This document shows, in pieces, positions 24,906 through 37,478 of a stretch of 64,000 nt of DNA. Each line of letters opens with the position of its first letter. The stretch's first letter is position 1. The notes beneath the pieces are model-generated. The model saw nothing but the letters and a program-made list of their open reading frames with translations. It had not been told where the DNA came from and did no database searches. Both the position numbers and the translations under genes were made by a program. The stretch covers positions 5,984,485 to 6,048,484 of the forward strand of contig NC_134027.1 in the NCBI RefSeq assembly GCF_964204645.1, in the 5' to 3' direction. This DNA comes from Tubulanus polymorphus. Taxonomy: Eukaryota; Animalia; Nemertea.

Positions 24906-25928
24906 TTATACCGCCGGAAAAATGTGCGGTTTTGTTCTCATCCACATTATATCATACGTCCATGCCGTGTGATCCCCGGAGAGCGCTCTTCCCCCACCAT
25001 ATGCTGTATATCCCCTACTTTCGAGAAATTGCTTAATCCAAAGACCACCAGGGGTTGATTTGATGTACTGCCATTCCATAAACACATACGGAATATCAAT
25101 GGTCGAAAAGTACTTCGCACTATGCGATAAGGCTTTATCTTCAGATGCTTCGATGTCGATTTTCATCACGGCTCGATTGAAATTTATAACTTCGAGTAAA
25201 TCGTCCATATAAATCGATTTTACGGCTAATTCGTCGGTTTTATTCGCCTTATAAACGTGGGCGCCGCCTATGTTCTTTTCGCGGCTTATTATACCATCTA
25301 ACTTGACTTTCATGTAACCGTAACTATCAGATATCGCATTAATTACGAGAGTTATCATATTTTCGAATTCTCCGAGTTTCACGGAATGCCGGACGTGCTT
25401 TACATTGTTTGGATTCGCATCTACAGCAACCACACGACGGTTGTGCTTCAAGGCCGTTAAACTGTAAACTCCTATGTTAGCGCCTATGTCTATGAAATTC
25501 AAACTCCGGTCATTTTCCAAAATGGATTCGAATAGTTTTGTTATGTGAGGCTCCCATGTACCAGTTCTCTTTAACGAACCGGATATAAAACGATCGCTTT
25601 TCACCGGATCGTAGATACAAATGGGGGTATTACCTTTTATCGTTATGAACGGAACACACTCGTATTTTTCCTCTTCTGCACTAGTCGCAAACACATTTAA
25701 TACAGAAACAACGGAATCATTTGACAGACGCGCGGAATTCATTTTTGTTATGCCCACATATTGGTTGTCTATTTTCGAGGATTGTGCCACGGTCGTGCTT
25801 GGATTCAACTGCTTGATGAACATGATATTTTCATACATCGCGCAATACGGATTAAATAAGACAGTTAACATTATAAACAATGCGATGACGGCAACATTTG
25901 AAAAGAGCAGCTGCTTTCCCGAATACAT
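24906..25928 (-). CDS. FkbM/Methyltransf_21 SAM-dependent methyltransferase with an N-terminal membrane anchor (intact copy 2)
   Basis: FIDIGANIGVYSL, VVAVDANPNN, AISDSYG and MKIDIEASEDKAL motifs. Single coding exon with acceptor at 25950; probable non-coding 5' exon ending at 27221 (donor GTGAGT). Confidence 0.9.
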   Translation of the reverse strand: MYSGKQLLFSNVAVIALFIMLTVLFNPYCAMYENIMFIKQLNPSTTVAQSSKIDNQYVGITKMNSARLSNDSVVSVLNVFATSAEEEKYECVPFITIKGNTPICIYDPVKSDRFISGSLKRTGTWEPHITKLFESILENDRSLNFIDIGANIGVYSLTALKHNRRVVAVDANPNNVKHVRHSVKLGEFENMITLVINAISDSYGYMKVKLDGIISREKNIGGAHVYKANKTDELAVKSIYMDDLLEVINFNRAVMKIDIEASEDKALSHSAKYFSTIDIPYVFMEWQYIKSTPGGLWIKQFLESRGYTAYGGGRALSGDHTAWTYDIMWMRTKPHIFPAV

Positions 25929-28900
25929 ATCGGTACTTATGGCCGACACCTGAAAAAAATACATAATGTAATAATACGTATATGCATCTATTGGATAACA
26001 GACTCATTATCACTATTCCCGCTGAGGCCAGCTGCAAAGTCGTCTTACGATTTACAAGATTTAAGATCACTTTTGGACAAGGCTCTGGGCGTTCAGACAT
26101 TTGGTACTCCTGGATCAACCAAGATTTGGCCAAAACACCAATCATTCTAAACAAGATAAGCCTTTTTGATTACTTGTTATACGGATACCGCCTGGATTTA
26201 TGCCGAAATACGTATATACAAAGGTTTTTATTTCCTGTCCTTCGTTCGGTTTTAATCGTAATTTCCCCCAGACAGACCTGTTTTATTGATATTTCTGTCT
26301 TTAATTTTGTTTTATTAACTTAAGATAATAAGTTCATTTCTTTTGTTTCTCTCATCATTTTAATTCAAATTCAACACAAGACTCATTTTGAATTTTCTCC
26401 GCAGTCTTTCCACGTTTTTATGTCGAAAGTACTCGAATGATTGTTCATAAATGTCTCATCTTTTTCCAATATGCATATATCGTATAATGTATGTATTAAT
26501 ATGATAGGATATTTCGTTTACGAATTCAATTCAATGGCCTATATGTTTTAGTCATAAGTACCATCGACAGAGTTTGCGTTATATGTATGTTTGCGTTTGC
26601 GTTACAATTTCGAACAATCGATGAACGAAGAATCCATTGACAGAATAAGGTGGGTCGAATTTCTCTGAAAGCGATAGATATATTCACACAATCGAAACGA
26701 AAGTACAAGAAAGAAAGAAAAAATTTAAAAAAAAAAAACTTGTTAACATGGATTATAGAATGTACAGTTAAGGAATTGTTACGAAACATAATCAGACTTC
26801 CCTACTAATATTCAACAAGTACAAGTATTCATGAATCAGTTGAGAGAGAATTGCATCGAAGGAAAATGTTGTATATGAATTTAATCATCATGAGGGGAAC
26901 TTTGATCTCACCCTTATTGTATAAAATATTTGAATTTGTCTTCATCCGAAACATTTAAGAAAGGTTTGAATCGTTTTAAAGCAGTTTGAATGTAAATTTT
27001 GTTTTTAAAACACACACTGATTACTTTAGTGGAATTCAAATTCCACGTTGCCAGAATTGCAGATTAGGCTACGGTCTGTTTTCAGGGGTAAGTTGGTTCC
27101 CCACAAGTTTTGATACGAAGTGAGAGTATTTCAGAATAGTCCGTACGCGGTTTGATAATAATTTTCGATTGCAAAATGAATTAATTATGAATGATTTTCT
27201 AATGTCAGTATTATACTCACCCAGAACGCAGATGATTAAACGTACGACATATGATGCCTGCGATGGAACAGTGCAAATTCACCGCAATCGACCTAGCTTG
27301 GGCCTCGCCTAAATCGTGATAGAATGATCCCCGTTAAACCTGTCTGAGAGGCGAAGTGTGTTGCGGTGTGACGGTGTAGCGGTGTGACGTTTTGCTGGGA
27401 GAGGATTCATGCACATGATACAAAAAGTGTCACAGCTGCGCGTATAGGCCTTCACTCTCGATCGAATCACGATAGAGCTAGCTGCACTTTGTTTTTGATG
27501 TCGCTAGGCAATAAGACATAACGAGCCAGCTATTTCATACAGGCAATTCCGCTTTATTCGTATCCTTGGACTGTCGATTTCTTGCTGAACACGAAATCTG
27601 GATTATTTAAATGATTACTTTTTCATTAGTCAGTTTGATTGTCGAAAACAAACTACACTGTACATACATGCCTACACAAGACGACGATCGCTTTATTGAA
27701 ACTAGGTGCATGAAATATGTAATGATAACTGATGGCCCAGCGGCGTGTTTTTCGCCTCGGCTTTCAAAAAGTTATGAGCCTTTATGATATGTTTTATTCT
27801 TGTACTAGACAAAGGGCGCGGTTCGGGGGAGGGGGTGTAAGTATACATACGGCACTTTTGGACTAGACCGGATTTTGGATTAACAATATTGGGTAAAACG
27901 TTCACCCCTGGAAGTGGTTTCTTCCACAGTGATCTCCGTCGCTCTACGATCTAGTGCACCTTACTGTGGTACCCGACAGTGAGGTTCTTTGACAAGCGAT
28001 ATTTCAATCCATAGAATTCCGACTGAAAATTGAGGCAAATTAACCGAAAATCCGGATAAATCCGATCTGAATAAAGTGGAATTGACTCTAGGCCTATCGT
28101 TCTGTTGTGTTGTCCGATACTGAGGAAATTCTAGTACCGGCCCACGCACGGCGTACTGGGAGTGCAGGGAAAATCCTCTTTATTCATGCTATTATAAAGT
28201 TTGCTAGGTAATGCAAAGCACTATAAAGCTTCGTGTATTCTATTCTTCATTGAAGCTTAAAAGTAAACGTATAAAAAACATACATAATGCTAGGCCGGTT
28301 AAACAAGGGTAAACCTATATGCCGGGAGTGCCCAAGGGGCGCGGCGTCACAATGGAAAACCCGGCAAAAGAAAGATATCGCGAGATTCAAATGGAATGGA
28401 GGGGTAGCTAAAGATGGTGATTACATTTGGGGCGATATATCTTAATAGACCCGTGAAATAGGCCTACATGCCTCGTCCATCAGCCGTGACCGGAGCCAGC
28501 CGTGTTTGACGTAAAGTCTCAATAAAAGATTGTATTTAATTTGAAAATATGAATAGTTTCGGACGGGTTTTATGCGTGACTTAGCATGACTGCATCCGGA
28601 AACAAGATGGCTACGAACATGACGGGTTAGTATAGAAATCGCGTAGTAAACCATTATTTATTCGTCGTCACATATTCATTTTCAATTTACACTTCACGAA
28701 AAATTAATCCGGAGTAGGAGAACAAAGTAATTTAAGTACAGCATATACCATATCAGACTTGGTTACCCTTCAATTAAGTCAGTAACCTGTCTAACCATCA
28801 TGCTACTAAATTTAGTTAGGCTAACTAACTCAAACTGCTGTGCCGGGTTTTGTTTCTTCACGACGATCCGCGGAGGTTATAGTCGTCTATTAGTACCTAG

Positions 28901-29067
28901 CCGTCGTTCCCCAGACAACGGTTGTAACGGTTGAACCCGTAACAACGACTGGTATTCAGACTACGGAGGTGACTAACTATGCAATAAGACGGGATGGATC
29001 TGTCAGTCAGAAAAGAGTCGAGAGAAGTTACTTCCTGTGGCATAATATTCTTTAAAGTCTGAAGGAT

Positions 29068-30534
29068 ATGGGTTAGTGAAGTAGGGTGTTCTGTTCCAAA
29101 GCTGTATGTTCTGATGTTTTGCGAATTTGATTTCCAGATTCAGAAAAGTTACAGCAAACTGATGCACCTTTCACTACCAGTACTAGCGGCCATAACGCGT
29201 GTGATCAGAATGGCGGTGGACCTCCAACGACAGTGACAGGTCAATCGCCGAATAAGATAGCACTACCTGCAGCTGGTCCGACTTGGTCATCCTCCGAACC
29301 ATCTGTTGCAGCGAATAGTGCTGCTGCTGCTGCTAAGGATGAACGTGAATGTGTATCGATGGAACAATCAACTTCTAGAGATATGGAACTTGGAAGCTTC
29401 GATGAAGGAGAAGCCGAGGACCTTTCCATGTCATGGTAGGTGATTACGACAGTTAAAGTGCTAGCATTTAAAAACCGGCTCCACTATTGATTAACAGAAA
29501 GGCCTCATTTTTCTGCACTGATGATATCTGGCAGATATTCCCTATGAAAATTGCTACCAACCACCGTATTTTTGCCGTATTCTGTGTTATGAACCTTTAG
29601 TTTACTTGTTTTTAGCGATTCAACTCCTTGTGATAAAAAGTTTGATACTACTATTGGACATATAGAAGACATTATAATGGGTATGTTTCCATCTTGCTTA
29701 TTCATGGATCAGAGTATTTTTTTATCGTGAAAATGAACCCTTGTTAATTCACTTTTTTTTCATCTATCGTAATACAGAAGAGCAATTTCATCAGCTTCAA
29801 CAATCGTTCTTAGAAAAATACTACCTTCAGTTTGATTTAGATACGGATGAAAATAAATTGTGCTATACAGAGATTCATGAGGAATATGTAAGCTATTGTG
29901 CCATACTAGGCCTGCTATTTAGTTTTAACTACCATTTTAACCGAAGCTTATCTGCTACTATTATGTTTCTTTGATTGAAATCTTGTTATACCCAAATTTA
30001 ACAAATCCTTATCAATGTCTGATTAAATCTCATTCCAGATAACTATACTCGAACATCACCTGGACACTGAGCTCAACAGACGAATGCCAGGATTCAACTT
30101 GGAGGAGTTTTTTACTCAATTGTTGTAAGTTTCAGTGAATTGCGTTAACAACCCCAATTTTACTTTTGGAATTGGTAATACTCGACAGAATATTTCATCA
30201 AATGTTGTAGGTCTCAAAAAGATATGCTTGAAGGAGAAATATTTGAGATGCTATTCACATTCACGGATTTTATGGCATTTAAAGAAATGATGCTAGATTT
30301 CAGACGGGTAATTGTCATCGAATAAGAGTCTTGTATTTTAGTGCAATGTAATTGTAGGTGGTTTTCCAAATTGTGAATTTCCCTGTTGTGAATTGTGAAT
30401 TTCAGGAGAAAGAAGGTTTGACTACTGACTTAAGCAGTGGATTAACTGTGACATCCCTTGCAATGGGAGAACCTACATTTGGACTTAATGCGCATACCAT
30501 TGATCTGTTTCCTCCTGGTGGCCCACAATCATGA
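29068..30534 (+). CDS. ARL2BP: ADP-ribosylation factor-like 2 binding protein (BART)
   Basis: FDTTIGHIEDIIM|EEQFHQLQQSFLEKYY...DENKLCYTEIHEEY...GEIFEMLFTFTDFMAFKEMMLDFR|EKEGLTTDLSSGLTVTSL. The start exon contributes only ATG G (29068-29071). Confidence 0.95.
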
Positions 30535-31765
30535 TGAATCAAAAACTCGAAGTTGAACGCTGGTTGCTTGTTATTTTTCTTTCCGTTGATTCTACTTAAA
30601 GGTGTAACTGATATCTTTTCTTATGTCACATTTCAAGTTCAAATCTACCGAAGATAGTTTGTTAAAATGTCAGATAAATGTTCAAAGTATAGCGTTATTC
30701 TAATGAGTCAGAATTTACTTTATTCCCATTATACCCTGGTAAGTGAATGTGTTTAACTCACCATACTTTTACCTGGCACATACGTACATGCTGTTGAAAT
30801 TGTAGAACATAAAAGTGAAATAGGCCTGTTCTTAACATGTGAACTACTGGTAATTAATTGACTCGGCGATAAATCAAACTCACAGCTGGAACTGAGTGAA
30901 GGTTTTGATCATTCCGTCCATACATCTTGAAGGATGATTTCTCGCAGATCTAGACATTGAACTTTTAAGATCAAGAAACTGCCTTTACAGAAATATTGTA
31001 CACAAAAACCGTCTATTAGTGACGATCCAAATGAGATTGATGTATATGTAAATCTATTGATAAAAAAGGAACGATTTTACCAAATATGAATTTTATTTTC
31101 CTTCTTTTTGAATCTCAAGTAAAACCAATCTAAGGTGTCTAAAGGCTCATTTGGATAGATATTGCCAGTTCTTATGTATATATAACCTGAGAAGTTCCCA
31201 CGTACCAGGGCAGCCTTGGCTGGACCAAAAAGTTAGTCGATCATGTTTCACTTTATTGATGTACACCTTTTCCGAATCTGCAAGGATCTTATCCCAGACT
31301 TCTTTATTACCGGTAATCCATCTGGCTTAGAATACGTCAAAACTCTGAGGAAGACCCCCACAAGTGCTTCACGCCTTTGTGCTCACTATGATCTCGCCAG
31401 CAGAAGTGGCTGTAGTATTTCTCTTTCAGACTACATGTATCACAGTGGAACTTTGGATATAAAGATTTGTCAGTTTTCACAAGCCTAGAATTTCGTCCCA
31501 AATAGGATGAACCAATGTTTCTGGTTCCAGAAGATGTCTGTAACAGGTCAAAATCCCGATACGAATACGTCACAAATATATTTCAGAAAACTTTATAACA
31601 GAAATATAATCGTCAGTGAATGAAATTCTCCGATATGAACCAAGAATAAGATAGTGAGTGATTATTATAAACCTATGTTTTATTCAGTACGATTCAAAAG
31701 TTCAGACAAGTACATTGCAGTTCTGAGCATCTTCGTAATGCTTATTAAATTTCTAAAAACATCTT

Positions 31766-33455
31766 TTACATAGCACCGCTTTGTTTTTGTGGTAGCTGAC
31801 CTGTTTCTTGGATAAACATCATTCTCCTGAAAAAAATCAAGGTGTAGAACATCATATATACAGCAATATACATGTAAGCTGACCAGTTTCAACATGCTAA
31901 CGTTTGAATGGGTCACCTAATGGACAGCCCATGATCTAGTCAAATATTACAAAGACTAGATAGCATTCTATACTCAATATGTTTTAGGAGGATAGCTTGT
32001 TGTACTATTACTAAAACACACAAACCTCCTGTAAGTTAATTTTTGTTTAATTTCCTCAGAATGTCTGTCTGACTGTAATAATCCCGCCGAGTACATCGCA
32101 GCCCAAAATATACCTCCAAAACCGAACCTTAAAGTAAATGATTGACTTGTTAGGACGAGTTTACTTCAAAATGCACAAATATTTCAATGTTTCATACATA
32201 CCCAAGAACACCACCAGTTAGACCGGCAACGAATGCCCCACGGAGGCCCATATTCAGTTTCACAATACTACCAGTAAAAGCTGTAAATAGAAGCAATTAA
32301 ATACTGATTATAAACAAGTACTCTTGCCCAGATAATAAGCCTGAAGAAATTTTGGGGTAACAGCTTATCGCAATCTTCACCTGACCGAATAGAGTTCCTA
32401 AGGAAGTAACTTGCTGAATATTTTGACGTTAACTGTACATACCTCCAGCAATTCCATACTCTAATGGAGTAGTTTTATTTCTATATTCAGCTATCGTTTG
32501 AGAGACCATTCTACAAAAATGATAACAATATACAGTAATGCTGAAGAGAACAATGGAACATTGTAGTCCGTTATCCCCTCTATCCTAAAGTACAGTGTAA
32601 CCTCATTGCAATGAACTTCAGAGGACCAGTAAAAATGTTCATTATAACCAATAGTTCGTTATTCACAGTATGAAACTACTATGGTCCAGTTTGGGATTAA
32701 ATCCAAGGTTTTGTTATAACCGATAAGTCATTATATTCATGTTGCAAAATAGTTTTAACTTACAAAAAAGACGTACAGAAAATTCCAATTTTGAAGCTCC
32801 ACCTAAGACCAGATTTTAGACTATGATATAATACCATGTTGTAATATGTTCTCTGGAATGTAAACATAGTCTATAGCAGCAGGGCAGGAAAAAATTCAAC
32901 AAAACAACGTGAATTTCAGGAGGAAAACTCTGATATCTATGATAACCTCAATCCTTACCATTCCTAAAAATTTTGTTCGAAATTTTGTTGCTTGATGTAA
33001 TCGGGCAAAATTATCAGCTCCCTCTCGAGAGCCAAATATTGAGGATATACAGCCGGCTAATAATGCAGTCTGACTTCCACATGCCATTATCAGTTGTAAA
33101 CCTGTTGAATATTCACCTTTATCTCTGCAAGAAATACCGTGACAAAATGTATTAAGAAACTGAGAAGATTAGGCCTATTTTGTTCAGTTTAGCTGAAGTA
33201 TCCGACTTACGTTTTCCCAAATAAATCTCTCACGCGATCTCTTCCAGTTTCTGTTTTTAAGTATTCCAAGACATCCGCATCAGTAACCGGTCTCAGCGAC
33301 GGTTTTGGTTTTTCCGGAAACAAAGCAGTAGCAGCCTCAATCGGGACTGTTGTAGCTGGTGGTAGATTCGAGTTATTAGTATTTACAGCTAAAGCATCAT
33401 CAGCACGCACTATTGGAAAGAGCCTCCTCCAGCCATGCCATCGCATAAAATCCAT
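31766..33455 (-). CDS. TIMMDC1: Complex I assembly factor TIMMDC1 (Tim17 family)
   Basis: ETGRDRVRDLFGK; GLRWSFKIGIF; IAEYRNKTTPLEYGIAG; FTGSIVKLNMGLRGAFVAGLTGGVLG. Stop TAA at 31766-31768. Confidence 0.88.
32571..32745. mobile_element. Degenerate Tc1/mariner/pogo-type MITE remnant in a TIMMDC1 intron
   Basis: TACAGTGTAACCTC start and repeated (G)TTCATTATAACC/GTTATAACC motifs. The right TIR is not clear. Confidence 0.4.
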
Positions 33456-33639
33456 TTACCTACAAAAGCCAATACATTGTTAATAGTTCAATAATCATTT
33501 TTGGAACATGTGGAAGGCCTTTTTGGAAAGTGCATGAAGATGAAATAAAATGACATTAGTAAATCTTATTCTTAGCGATTCTAGAGTATCAACAGTCGCT
33601 TTGGAGTTTATAGTAAAATCAGAAGTACATTTCACCTGA

Positions 33640-34153
33640 CAGCAAAGTCTGCAGTCTGACTGAAAGGTAGTTTTTTGATAATTTTATCGTGGATGATATA
33701 AGTTAAAGACACTGTTTTAGTTTTTTAGTCTAACGATTCTTCGCCGTATGGTGGCGTCACCTATGAATTGAAGTATATATGAATTGAAGTGTATTCTGTT
33801 AGTAACCCATATGGCTTGCTATATGAAATTTATGGAATCATAGAAATAATTACTTTCTTTTTAATCGAGATAAAAGTCATTAGTTAACTATTAATTTATG
33901 ATGTTTTCTAAATTGTCAAATAAGTTGATTTGTATAGTATGAATCTACGCCAACGGAGAAGACACAAAAATACACTCTAAAGAAGGGGTCACATGATTTC
34001 AATATGGTAGACGTCAAACACGAAAATAGATATTGATAAATTTTGTTATGATGCGATGCCTTTAGTCATATCGAATTTAACACTTGTGCAAAGACTCTCT
34101 ATCATTAACAAGTCCACGATCAAACCGATCAATAGTGTACAAGACCCGAAAAA
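33640..34153. promoter_or_regulatory. Probable bidirectional promoter shared by TIMMDC1 and WASH1
   Basis: Divergent non-coding first exons (minus donor ~33635, plus donor ~34153). E-box GTCACATGA at ~33988 and CRE-like GACGTCA at ~34010. Confidence 0.55.
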
Positions 34154-34348
34154 GTAAGTATATAGTAATTTTTAGTTAGTAAGATTTATTTAAAGAAGCC
34201 AGACCCACAATCTACACATGGGCGTGCCGTTGACACACAGGAGGTACCAGGATGGATACAAGTCCCTCCTTGCCCCGTATCTTACAATTCTTAAACCTTT
34301 AATCAGACCAGAATTGTCAATAATGTTAATTTCTTATTCCAGAAAAAA

Positions 34349-36190
34349 ATGAAGGCAACTCCGTGCGAAGTAATGCAGAATCGGCCTTACAATGTTCCAT
34401 TGATTCCTACTGATTTGCGCCAAGATGAAACAATTTTTCAAATAGCGGATGCTCTGGAATATCTGGACAAAGTTGCCAATGATGTTTTTACACGAATTTG
34501 TGATCGCGTTGCCGAAAATAGAAAGCGCCTTTCAGGCATTACTGGTCGGATAAATGATGCTCAGGCGAAGATCGATAGCATTAAGGGTACAAATAAGGCA
34601 ACCAAAATATTTTCAAGCGCAAAATATCCCGCTCCTGAAGAGGCTGAAAATTACAAAACATTATTTCAAGGTAAGAAATCACTGAATCAGATGAAATCTG
34701 AATGAGATGCTCAATAATTAATGCTCCTTTATGATGACCAATTACAATTTGTACTGAATTATTGAAATTGCAAAAATTGCATGAATTACTTCTTATTTCA
34801 GTTCAGTATTCTTTAGCGTATTTCCTTTTTAGCTGAAAGAGGTTTGCAAGAGGTCAAGCACAGTCACCGGCATATTACTGCAAAACATGTGGAAGTCAAT
34901 GAAGCAATCTTGAAAGAAAAGTTACAGTTTTACAACGTTCATATACATTCGAAATCAACTGTAGCAGACCAGCAGAAGGAGGGATTAGGGCGCTTGCCGA
35001 AAAACATCAGCTCAGTCAGTTCTCTTTTGCTCTTCAATACAAGTGAAAATCCGTAAGTAAAAGAAGCCAGCATTTTATGTGAGAAATTATGTGCCATCGT
35101 GTTCTTTTTTTTACATTCTTTTATATCTTTAAGGATATAGTATCTGATAGGAATGAATACCATTATTTACCTCGCTTGGGATAAAGAGTGTGGTCACAAC
35201 TCACCTAACATGAGCAGCATCACATTGATTTCTTCTATCTTTTAGGTATAAGAAGTATGTAATGCTTGACCCTCTCGGAGTGGTTACTAAGACACGTAAA
35301 ACAGATGATGATCTGCAGGATGATGGTTTAGCAGGAGCTCCCAGTACAATAATACACGGCGATCAATTTCAGAAAGCTCCCAATGAGAATTATTTGTACA
35401 TTCCAATTGCCGGTGATGTACCCGAGTTGTTGGTTCCCGAATTCCTCGAGTTACCAGGTTTGTTACTGATAACCTGTATCGTAGATATTGTAGTTAAATT
35501 TGGATTAATTTAATGGGTTTTCATTGTTTTTATTGTCTTTCAGGTATAGCAGATGATATGTCCTTCATCGGAGAAGGAGGAGCTTCCATTGCTCCGTCAG
35601 TTCCTGTAAATGTGCCAGATCTTCCGGGAATTGAACCCGACATAGCGTTACCAGATGGTCCTACTGATATTGGAGGAGGTGCACCTCCTCCTGCACCTAA
35701 TGCTCCTCCACCCCCACCTCCGACAGCTGCTCCACCACCACCTCCCCCACCACCACCACCTCCTCCTCCAGCTGACGTTCCCGCCCCACCCCCTCCAACA
35801 TCAGCTCCAGATACAACCCCTATTCCAGAAACTCCGACTGAATCTGTTACTTCTCCTTCCGATGGTGGTCGCAGTGATCTACTGGCATCAATCAGAAAAT
35901 CAGGTGGCATTAACGCTCTGAAGAAGAATAAGAGACCAGAACGAAAACCAAGGGATGACAAACCAGCCGCGCCTTCTCCCATGAATATGTTAGATGATTT
36001 ATCGAACAAATTGCGGTTACGTCGTCAAGGCATATCGGGTTCGGGTGCAAAACCGTCGACTGAAGATAAACAAGCTGCCGCGAGTGGCGCTCTACAGAGT
36101 ATAATGGATATGATACCGGTTACTCGACCACCAGCTGATAGTAATGCATCAAATGAAGATGATATCTGGAGTGGGAGTGATGAAGATTGA
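34349..36190 (+). CDS. WASHC1: WASH complex subunit 1
   Basis: WHD region ([66 protein letters not shown]), poly-Pro tract and VCA (GRSDLLASIRKSGG...LRRQGISG...EDDIW). 4 coding exons. Confidence 0.97.
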
Positions 36191-37478
36191 TTTATATTTG
36201 TTATTGTTCATTCCATCTAGTTAAATTACTGTACAGCCCAAATTCATCAAAATATTTTACGATTATAGCCACCATTCCATAGTACATGTAGTTATATTCA
36301 CAGTTGTATATGTAATCATTTGAATTTAATCATTTTGGTACCCAGTTATATTTTGTTATGATTATGGACTCTGATTGAATAAGTTGATAGAAAATTACCG
36401 CTAATTGTTAGATTATGTCATGTCATTGTCATTGGTCAAACAACTCTATTGTGCTTAAGTGATTTCCAAGTCTTTATCATTCTCAAGCTTGAATTAACTC
36501 TTTATTCATGTTATTTTTGACACCACATCGAATGAAAATTGATTTAAGTAAACGATTTTCCTCAAAATATGTTTATATCCACTCGTAAATGATATCAAAG
36601 ATTTGCTAAAGCCCTTATGGATGTTTCTATATGAAGATATGAAAGAGTATTTGCTGAAATACTGTGCAATATGTGTGTTCATCAAGGCTTACTATTCGCT
36701 AAGCTGCCACCCGGCGAAGTTCCTATTGTATATGTGTATGTCAGGCTAGCAGATAAATTCTTGTACATACCGACTTGTTCGATGATAATGATTATGTACA
36801 GCTAATCGATAAGATAAATATGTACAGTACGAATTTGCAAAAGAATCGAAAAAATAAAGTGTTCATTCAAAACCTTTTCTAAAATCTTGATCTGCGAGTG
36901 GATTTCTCAGTTCCATAAACCAGAACGTTGCCTAGCATTCATTTTGGCCTTGTGTAATGGACATTGCAAAATGTCATCAACAATGATGGTTCTTATAGGA
37001 AGTTCAAATGACCCATACCATATAGTTTAGATGGCTGCGAAACCCGCCGATCCATTCTCAGAAATGATTAAGGTTTCTCATTCATTATCCTATAAACGCA
37101 ATACTATACATTTGAATAGAGGGAAAATCAGACCCATTCCAAGATAAAGATCCTTTTACAAAAAATACATATACATGTTCATATACGTAATGAATTCGTT
37201 CAAATCGTTCGGTGAAAGGACCCCTCGGTCAATTTCAATTATATCACTCCAGTCTAACCTGAATGAGAATTCCTCGTCTGCACAATGAATATAAAACGGG
37301 TCTGAGCTCAGAATTACGTGCATATCTAGATCAGAAGATAACTACCTGAATTAAATGCCTCGATTGATTGAAAAAAATCTGTCGACATAAATACATGTGC
37401 ATATGAATAGAAACAGAATTCATTCGCGCAACATGTTCCAGAAATCACGCATACATCGACATTGCAATATTGAATCAA

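Noticed and set aside
28320-28366. GCCGGG...CCCGGC stem as a possible HDV-like ribozyme
   Set aside because: The nested double-pseudoknot elements could not be built by eye.
31140-31580. Minus-strand frame with several in-frame TGA codons (possible selenoprotein or pseudogene)
   Set aside because: The frame also contains TAA, and I see no recognisable homology or SECIS. More likely TIMMDC1 3' UTR or intergenic sequence.
35530-36009. Gly-rich minus-strand ORF
   Set aside because: Antisense shadow of the WASH1 poly-proline exon.
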